DNA of 61,227 nt. It comes from Oligoflexia bacterium. GTDB lineage: Bacteria > Bdellovibrionota > UBA1018. The notes under the pieces were generated by a model that had not been told where the DNA came from, did not search any database, and was given only the letters and a program-made list of their open reading frames with translations. The stretch lies in contig CAIRTR010000130.1 of the NCBI GenBank assembly GCA_903881565.1, positions 1 through 61,227 on the forward strand, given 5' to 3'. The translations under genes were made by a program, and so were the position numbers. This document shows positions 54,913 through 61,227 of the stretch, piece by piece. How positions within the stretch are numbered: position 1 is the stretch's first letter; each line of letters begins with the position of its first letter.

Positions 54913-55476
54913 ATGCAATCCTTGTTTAATAAAGTAAGCGAACCTCAGCATTTTTCAGAAATTTACCGGCTCTTTTGGAAACCCGTTCTTTACTTCGTGT
55001 CCAGGCGGGTCAGAGATATCGCGATCGCCGAAGAGCTGACGCAGGAGATCTTTCTCAAGGTTTTTCGCTTCAGCACTTCTTTTACGCACGGCAAGGCTTT
55101 CAAACCCTGGCTCTGGACGATCGCCCGCAACACGATTAACGACTGGAACCGGGGACGGAAAACTGAACCCGCCGCCCCTGCGCCAGTAGTCGCCAGCACT
55201 GAAGCCGCCTCTTCATTAGTGGTCGAGATTCCTTGTCATCGTCCCAATGCGGAAACGTTGCTTCTTGAACGTGAGAAAAAGACTAAACTGCATCAATGGA
55301 TCTCCTCCTTGCGCGGGACCCAAAAACAGGTTCTCCTTTTGCGCCTCGTCCACCAGCTCTCCAATGAGGCCATAGCAGAACACATGGGTCTGAGCCTTTC
55401 GGCGGTAAAAAGCCTAATCCATCGGGCGATGCACACCAAAGGGGCCTCAATCATCCCCGTTGAAGTCCTTGACTAA
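54913..55476 (+). CDS. ECF-type sigma-70 family RNA polymerase sigma factor
   Basis: Region 2 (AEELTQEIFLKVF...FKPWLWTIARNTINDW) and region 4 HTH (LSNEAIAEHMGLSLSAVKSLIHRA). No adjacent anti-sigma ORF is evident. Confidence 0.85.
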   Translation: MQSLFNKVSEPQHFSEIYRLFWKPVLYFVSRRVRDIAIAEELTQEIFLKVFRFSTSFTHGKAFKPWLWTIARNTINDWNRGRKTEPAAPAPVVASTEAASSLVVEIPCHRPNAETLLLEREKKTKLHQWISSLRGTQKQVLLLRLVHQLSNEAIAEHMGLSLSAVKSLIHRAMHTKGASIIPVEVLD

Positions 55477-55593
55477 CCTCTAGTCACCCCACTAAGGAGT
55501 TGGCAAACCCAGTTCCTCTATAGGAGGTCAGTCAGAATTACTTAGTGTTTTCAATGCCTTATTTTTGGCCCGCCCCTTGCTTTACATAGGGGT

Positions 55594-56313
55594 ATGGAAA
55601 CACAAACGAGAAAAACAATAGGTGCATGGATTCTTATTTCTCTCCCGGTAACCTTGGCAAGCTTCTCGGCCGCAGCGGCCCCTGCAGTGGACACTGGCAC
55701 CCCTCGCGAACATCGTGTTGCCCACGCCCGGGAACTTCTGGGCGGCACCTACAGCCGAAGCGTCGTACGCCAGTCGGAACGCCTTGAGAACGTCGAAACT
55801 TTTGTAGCGAAAGTGACCCAGCGGGCCCTTCGAGGCAAATGGGCTCGTTATGCTCCGGTGGTCGCGAAGACAATTTTAGAAGAAAGCGAAAACTACGGCT
55901 TTGATCCTATTTTCTTGATGGCCATGATTGAAAACGAAAGCAGCTTCCGTCCCGATATGCGTGGCGACGCGGGCGAAATCGGTCTCATGCAAATCTTGCC
56001 GAACACGGGAAAATGGATTTCTCAAAAAGCCCATCTCCCTTGGAATGGAAAGAAAACTCTCGAAGATCCTGTGGCCAACATCCGCCTTGGAGTCGCCTTC
56101 ATCTCCATGCTTCGTGAACAGTTCGACTCTCACGGCAGACTCTACATGGCTGCCTACAACATGGGCGCCCGCAATGTTCATAAGGCATTGGGGAAAAAGA
56201 TCATGCCCAAAGAATACCCCCGTCGCGTGATGCAACGCTACATTCGGTTCTACTCTGAACTGAGCATCGGCCAACCGGTTCTTACCCGATCCCGAACCCT
56301 GGCTTCAAACTAA
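55594..56313 (+). CDS. Lytic transglycosylase (SLT domain) protein, secreted
   Basis: Signal peptide present. Catalytic ENESSF...GEIGLMQI...AYNMG motifs of SLT family 1. Confidence 0.85.
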   Translation: METQTRKTIGAWILISLPVTLASFSAAAAPAVDTGTPREHRVAHARELLGGTYSRSVVRQSERLENVETFVAKVTQRALRGKWARYAPVVAKTILEESENYGFDPIFLMAMIENESSFRPDMRGDAGEIGLMQILPNTGKWISQKAHLPWNGKKTLEDPVANIRLGVAFISMLREQFDSHGRLYMAAYNMGARNVHKALGKKIMPKEYPRRVMQRYIRFYSELSIGQPVLTRSRTLASN

Positions 56314-56375
56314 CCGTTATTCCAATAAGTTTTCTCTTGAAGATTTGTCCCCGACAAGCGAAGTCTTGAACCTCA

Positions 56376-58268
56376 ATGTCAGAAAGTGCAAGCACGCATA
56401 AGCGCTCAACACTCGCAAAACTTTCCTTAGGCGCCTTGGGCGTCGTCTACGGCGACATTGGCACCTCGCCGCTTTATTCGATTAAAGAATGCTTTTCGCC
56501 CGCACATGGAATCCCGCTCACCTCTCAGCATGTCCTGGGGATTCTCTCGCTGATCTTCTGGTCACTCACTTTGGTCGTCTCGATCAAGTACCTCATTTTT
56601 ATTTTGCGAGCAGACAACAGAGGAGAAGGTGGAATTCTGGCCCTCCTGGCGCTGCTGATCCCGAAACTCCAATATGGCAAAGGGAATTCCAGATCCTGGC
56701 TCGTGCTACTCGGACTTTTTGGCGCCGCCCTTTTGTATGGCGATGGAGTCATCACGCCCGCGATCTCAGTGCTCAGCGCGATTGAAGGACTGCAAGTGGC
56801 TACGCCGCGCTTTCAGCCTGTTGTGGTTCCGCTAACGATCGCAATTCTCGTTGGGCTTTTTTGGTTTCAAAAAAGAGGAACCACGAGCATTGGGAACGTT
56901 TTCGGCCCCATGATGATCGTTTGGTTTTTAACCATTGCCACAACAGGGGTCCCCTGGATTTTCAAACATCCGGAAATTCTACAGGCGATCTCTCCGCACT
57001 ATGCTTTTTTGTTTCTCACGAGCCATGAGATTCATGGTTTCTTTGTTCTCAGTGCCGTCGTGTTGTGCATTACCGGAGGAGAAGCTCTCTATGCGGACAT
57101 GGGGCATTTTGGAAAAGGCCCCATCCAGATGGGATGGTTTGGCATCGCTTTCCCGTGCCTGCTCTTGAACTATTTCGGACAGGGCGCATACATTCTCGCT
57201 TCGGGTGCTGAGGGAACGGTAAACCCCTTCTTCGGAATGGTCCCCTCCTGGGGCCTCTATCCCATGGTCGTCGTATCAACGATGGCGACTGTGATCGCCT
57301 CTCAAGCTTTGATTTCTGGAGCGTATTCTCTGACCCAGCAAGCGGTGCAATTGGGCTATCTTCCGCGCGTGGTCATCACGCACACCTCTCGAAGTACTGA
57401 GGGGCAAATCTACGTTCCCACCGTGAACACGCTCCTCATGCTCGCTTGCGTGAGCCTGGTCTTAGCATTTCAGGAGTCCAGTCGCCTTGCGGCCGCCTAC
57501 GGAATCGCTGTGACCGGAACAATGGCCATCACCTCGTTGCTATTTTTCACGGTAGCGCGAAAGCTCTGGAACTGGCCTTTGCCTTTGGCGTTAGCTGTGG
57601 TGGGCATTTTTCTCGCCGTCGATTTGGCCTTTTTTTCTGCCAACATCATCAAGATTGTTGAAGGCGGATGGGTTCCTCTGGTTATCGCTATTTTGATTTT
57701 TTCATTGATGACGACTTGGAAATGGTGTCGCGAGGTTGTTTCTCAAACCCTCATGAAACTTGCCATTCCGATCTCTGAGTTTCTCAACACAATTGAGCAA
57801 AAGTGCATGACCCGAATCAAGGGAACAGCAGTCTTCATGACGCTTAACCGGGACATCGCTCCGTCGGTGTTACTGCTCCACTTCAAGCACAATCAGGTTT
57901 TACACGAGCGCGTGATCCTGCTTTCGATTCTAACGAAAAATGAACCCGAAGTTGACCCCAAGGATCGCGTCCGAATCACGGACTTAACTCAAGGCTTCGT
58001 CAAGGTGATCGCGCTTTATGGTTTTATGGAAACTCCCGATATCAGAGAAGTTCTTAAACTCTGCCAGACTTCGGGACTCGAAATTGACGAAGCAAATCTC
58101 AGCTACTATCTGGGCCGAGAAATTTTTCTAGCCGATGGTGATTCTGACATGCCCATGTGGCGCAAGAAACTCTTCATAGCGCTCTCCAAGAACGCACGAT
58201 CTGCCACCGAGTTCTTCAGACTACCTCCCGATCAGGTCATTGAATTAGGATCCCAAATAAGCATTTAA
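56376..58268 (+). CDS. kup: Potassium transporter Kup (KUP/HAK/KT family)
   Basis: LGALGVVYGDIGTSPLY, NRGEGGILAL and GGEALYADMGHFG are diagnostic. 630 aa with a cytoplasmic C-terminal domain. Confidence 0.95.
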   Translation: MSESASTHKRSTLAKLSLGALGVVYGDIGTSPLYSIKECFSPAHGIPLTSQHVLGILSLIFWSLTLVVSIKYLIFILRADNRGEGGILALLALLIPKLQYGKGNSRSWLVLLGLFGAALLYGDGVITPAISVLSAIEGLQVATPRFQPVVVPLTIAILVGLFWFQKRGTTSIGNVFGPMMIVWFLTIATTGVPWIFKHPEILQAISPHYAFLFLTSHEIHGFFVLSAVVLCITGGEALYADMGHFGKGPIQMGWFGIAFPCLLLNYFGQGAYILASGAEGTVNPFFGMVPSWGLYPMVVVSTMATVIASQALISGAYSLTQQAVQLGYLPRVVITHTSRSTEGQIYVPTVNTLLMLACVSLVLAFQESSRLAAAYGIAVTGTMAITSLLFFTVARKLWNWPLPLALAVVGIFLAVDLAFFSANIIKIVEGGWVPLVIAILIFSLMTTWKWCREVVSQTLMKLAIPISEFLNTIEQKCMTRIKGTAVFMTLNRDIAPSVLLLHFKHNQVLHERVILLSILTKNEPEVDPKDRVRITDLTQGFVKVIALYGFMETPDIREVLKLCQTSGLEIDEANLSYYLGREIFLADGDSDMPMWRKKLFIALSKNARSATEFFRLPPDQVIELGSQISI

Positions 58269-58383
58269 CGCGATAAGTCACGACCGAAATCCCCCTTTAT
58301 TGCATTGTGCAGTACTTTTCACTATGCAAACGCCTGAACCTGGCATTGACTGTGGCGACTTTTAACAGTGCTTGGAGGGATTT

Positions 58384-60549
58384 ATGTTTAGTTCCAAAAT
58401 GCTCACCGTTCTCGGTTTTTTGGCTTTTTCAGCAACAATGAGCTTCGCAGGTGACACCCTTCACCTCCAGGTCGGCAAACGAAAGCTCCAGCCGTTTTCA
58501 GTCAACGGATTCTCCCTCTTTTCCCAACAGCAGTTCAACGTACAACCCAACATGAATTCGACGCTGAAAAAAACTTTTGTCGTTCAATTCAAGAATCGGG
58601 TAAGCGAAAATCAAAAGGACACGCTTCTCAAGCAAGGCATCGAAACCAAGCGCTATCTGCCTGATGATGCTTTAATCGTGCAAGGCACGGCGGATGCGGT
58701 GCTGCTTGCAGGAACCACGAACGCAGAGATTCACGGAATTTCTGTTTTTGAACCCGAATGGAAAATCAGTCGCGAACTTTCAAGCCCCCGCGCCCACGCA
58801 AGGCATGCCCAGCAGATATTGATTTCAACTTTAAACAAAGGTGAAGCCAAAGCTGTGGCCCGCGCGCTTAAGTCCTCAGCCGAAATTAGAGTTCTTTTTA
58901 TAGGCTCGCAAGACTTAGTCGTTGAGTGCCACCTCGAGTCTCTGCAGAAGATCGCGCAACTTGATGAGGTCGAGTGGATTCAGAAACTCCCGGTCCTCGA
59001 GAGTTTGGATTTTAATCCCGAATTTACCTCAAAATTGGATGACCCCAATGCCAGTCCCAGTGGCGAAACACCTCCTCCTACTCCTCCTGAGTTAAACGGC
59101 TATGAATCCGGAACCAAAATCATGGGATTTGAAGCAGCCTGGGCCCGTGGTTTTCATGGCGAAGGCCAAACCGTCGGAATGGCTGACACCGGTGTCGACA
59201 CTGGAAACCTCAGAGCCCTTCACCAAGATCTCGGCGGCGTGACTGCAGGCTTTGCGCTCGGCATGGGCGGCGATAGCTGGGAAGATCCTAATGCTCACGG
59301 CACCCACGTTTGCGGCTCCGTCATCGGATCAGGTCGCGCATCTGAAGGCCACATCCGCGGCGGAGCTTACGCTGCGTCGATGGTTGTTGAAGGCCTCTGG
59401 AGTCCGATTCTCAATAACCTCGCATTTGACCAAGATGCGAATAGACTTTTTGGAACGGCATTTAAGGCTGGCGTTCGCATTCACACCAACTCTTGGGGGA
59501 ACCCTTCCAATCCCGGCGCCTATGATTCGCTCGCTTCACGCGTGGATGAATACCTCTGGAACAACCCCACAATGCTTGTGCTTTTTGCAGCAGGTAATGG
59601 CGGCCAAGACCTTAATAAAGATGGCCGAATTGATGAAGGCTCCATTCTTACGCCCGGAACTGCCAAAAACGTGCTGACCGTCGGCGCATCGGAAAACCTT
59701 TTTTCGGGCGGCGGAATCCAAGCTCCTCTTGGAAAACTCAAAGGAGGAATGGAAAAGTGGGGAGTGGCCCCACTGGTTACGGACCTCCTTTCGGACAACC
59801 CAGATGGTCTCGCCGCATTCAGCTCACGCGGTCCGACCTCCGATGGCCGCATCAAGCCAGAGATCGTCGCTCCCGGCACCAACATCGTAAGCACCCGCTC
59901 ACACCACAAAGATGCCACGGCACTTTGGGGAATCTACAACGCTGAATACCTCTACTCAGGCGGGACATCAATGGCAACTCCTCTGACTGCCGGTGCAGCT
60001 GCGGTCGCAAGACAGTATCTCATGAGCAAGCGCAATCAGGGCGATCCCTCGGGCGCACTTGTCAAAGCGGCAATTTTACATACAGCTAAAGATCTTTATC
60101 CAGGCCAATACGGAACAGGTCCTACGCAGGAGCTCCCAAAACCTCGTCCCAATGTTCATGAAGGTTATGGCCGAGTCGATATGGATTTGATGACCAACCT
60201 CCCTGCCAACACTTCGATCATTGATGACAAGGCGGGGGCAGGACTTAACGAAGAGAAGTCGATTGCCTTCACACTTAAAACCGCTGGAGGAATTCGCGCC
60301 ACCCTCGTCTACACCGATGCTCCCGGCGCCGCTTCTTCGAGTAAACTTCTGGTCAATGATTTGGATCTACAAATAACGGGTCCTACGAAAAAAATATCGA
60401 GCTTGGGCGATCACACGAACAACAACGAGATGATCGAAATGAAAAACCTCCAACCGGGAACCTACAAAGTTTCGGTGATGGGGATTAATATTCCACAAGG
60501 CAAGAACGGGAAACAACCCTACGCTTTGATCGTCAGCGAGACACACTAA
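58384..60549 (+). CDS. S8 family serine peptidase (subtilisin-like) with propeptide and C-terminal PPC/P-domain-like region
   Basis: GGAGGG lies 6 nt upstream of the ATG at 58384. Signal peptide present. Triad motifs MADTGVDTGN, HGTHVCGSVIG and GGTSMATPLTAGAAAV. Confidence 0.9.
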   Translation: MFSSKMLTVLGFLAFSATMSFAGDTLHLQVGKRKLQPFSVNGFSLFSQQQFNVQPNMNSTLKKTFVVQFKNRVSENQKDTLLKQGIETKRYLPDDALIVQGTADAVLLAGTTNAEIHGISVFEPEWKISRELSSPRAHARHAQQILISTLNKGEAKAVARALKSSAEIRVLFIGSQDLVVECHLESLQKIAQLDEVEWIQKLPVLESLDFNPEFTSKLDDPNASPSGETPPPTPPELNGYESGTKIMGFEAAWARGFHGEGQTVGMADTGVDTGNLRALHQDLGGVTAGFALGMGGDSWEDPNAHGTHVCGSVIGSGRASEGHIRGGAYAASMVVEGLWSPILNNLAFDQDANRLFGTAFKAGVRIHTNSWGNPSNPGAYDSLASRVDEYLWNNPTMLVLFAAGNGGQDLNKDGRIDEGSILTPGTAKNVLTVGASENLFSGGGIQAPLGKLKGGMEKWGVAPLVTDLLSDNPDGLAAFSSRGPTSDGRIKPEIVAPGTNIVSTRSHHKDATALWGIYNAEYLYSGGTSMATPLTAGAAAVARQYLMSKRNQGDPSGALVKAAILHTAKDLYPGQYGTGPTQELPKPRPNVHEGYGRVDMDLMTNLPANTSIIDDKAGAGLNEEKSIAFTLKTAGGIRATLVYTDAPGAASSSKLLVNDLDLQITGPTKKISSLGDHTNNNEMIEMKNLQPGTYKVSVMGINIPQGKNGKQPYALIVSETH

Positions 60550-60570
60550 GCTTCACAGCAAAGGAACGTC

Positions 60571-61137
60571 ATGCTTGAAACAATCCTAAGTTCCTTTGCC
60601 GTCGTCGCACTAAGTGAGATGGGGGATAAGACCCAGCTCCTGGCGTTTTCACTTGTCGCACGCTTCAAGAAGCCCGTCCCCGTTTTAGCCGGGATTTTTG
60701 TCGCAACTATCTTGAATCATCTCCTCGCCGCGTCCGTCGGCTCATGGGTTGCAGCCCAGGTTACTCCGCGAACGATTGCATTCGTCCTCGCCGCCGTCTT
60801 TATCGCCTTCGGGTTCTGGACACTGAAACCCGACACCCTTGATGAGGACGAGAAAAAAGAAGGAAAATGGGGCGCGTTTGTCACCACGACGTTTTTATTT
60901 TTCTTGGTTGAGATGGGAGATAAAACTCAACTCGCGACAATCGCGCTCGCAGCACGCTATGGCAATATTCTGTGGGTCACTTTCGGCACAACTCTGGGCA
61001 TGATGTTCTCAGATGGGATTGCGGTTTTCTTGGGCCACAAGTTTGCGCATCAAGCGCAGCATCCGTTGATTCGCTGGAGTGCCGCGATTCTGTTCTTTGG
61101 GTTTGGGGTAGCGTCGTTGGTGAGCGCGGTAAGGTAG
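60571..61137 (+). CDS. TMEM165/GDT1 (UPF0016) family cation transporter
   Basis: Two copies of the E-x-GDK-T signature (SEMGDKTQL and VEMGDKTQL) in a 6-TM protein. Only 21 nt separate it from the peptidase stop. Confidence 0.9.
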   Translation: MLETILSSFAVVALSEMGDKTQLLAFSLVARFKKPVPVLAGIFVATILNHLLAASVGSWVAAQVTPRTIAFVLAAVFIAFGFWTLKPDTLDEDEKKEGKWGAFVTTTFLFFLVEMGDKTQLATIALAARYGNILWVTFGTTLGMMFSDGIAVFLGHKFAHQAQHPLIRWSAAILFFGFGVASLVSAVR

Positions 61138-61227
61138 CGCGACCCGAGGTCTCCCGGCTTGTAGCGGGGTAGGGCGTATGCATGGAACTTCTCAAAGAGC
61201 GAAGTTAGGTAGCTACCCTAGGGTATG

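Noticed and set aside
55566-55581. Sigma54-like motif TGGCCCGCCCCTTGCT (GG-N10-GC) upstream of the SLT gene.
   Set aside because: The -12 element ends only about 13 nt before the ATG at 55594, so the predicted TSS would leave essentially no leader or RBS. The -24 box deviates from consensus (TGGCCC). It is probably a chance match.
60550-60570. I looked for a yybP-ykoY (Mn2+) riboswitch, which often precedes UPF0016/GDT1-type transporter genes.
   Set aside because: Only 21 nt separate the gene from the upstream peptidase stop, which leaves no room for a riboswitch. The gene is probably co-transcribed.
61138-61227. GCGGGGTAGGGCG... after the last gene looked like the 5' acceptor stem of a tRNA.
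   Set aside because: No D-loop (AGC..GG.A) or T-loop (GTTCRANNC) consensus follows, and it cannot be folded into a cloverleaf by eye.

Overview
This 61.2-kb window is a densely coding chromosomal segment from a diderm (Gram-negative-type) bacterium. I support about 57 protein-coding genes. I found no rRNA, tRNA, CRISPR array, transposase or integrase. The taxon cannot be fixed from sequence alone. The many secreted hydrolases (two S8 subtilases, an EEP nuclease/phosphatase, AP-superfamily esterases, a pectin-acetylesterase-like esterase, an SLT) and predicted outer-membrane barrels would fit a Bdellovibrio-like or other surface-active lifestyle, but that is inference.

Housekeeping genes recognised with good confidence are elbB, arfB, yciH, rlmI, cca, ftsK, a ROK kinase, fhs, ygiQ, tex, kup, an ABC1/UbiB-type kinase, an ECF sigma factor and a GDT1/UPF0016 transporter.

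The most interesting content is a c-type cytochrome system that I cannot assign to any characterised family.
- A three-gene cassette occurs twice, in inverted orientation about 19 kb apart (19591..21669 on the minus strand, 40463..43197 on the plus strand). Its order is PSCyt1-like cytochrome c lipoprotein, YceI-like lipid/polyisoprenoid-binding protein, then a predicted beta-barrel protein with a CxxCH haem motif 11 residues from its mature N-terminus.
- The second copy sits behind a textbook sigma54 -24/-12 promoter.
- That copy is convergent with an operon encoding a 560-aa cytochrome with 21 CxxCH motifs, built from ten tandem dihaem modules.

Secondary items:
- A small, probably acquired islet (about 24.2-26.8 kb) holds a GNAT gene, a membrane-protein gene split at a T7 homopolymer, a VapBC pair, and a structured ORF-poor spacer.
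- A RelE/ParE-like plus AbrB-type toxin-antitoxin pair lies next to a perfect palindromic candidate operator.
- There are two atypical receiver-domain proteins.
- There is a large repeat-containing lipoprotein.

All family calls come from reading the translations by eye. No database search was run.
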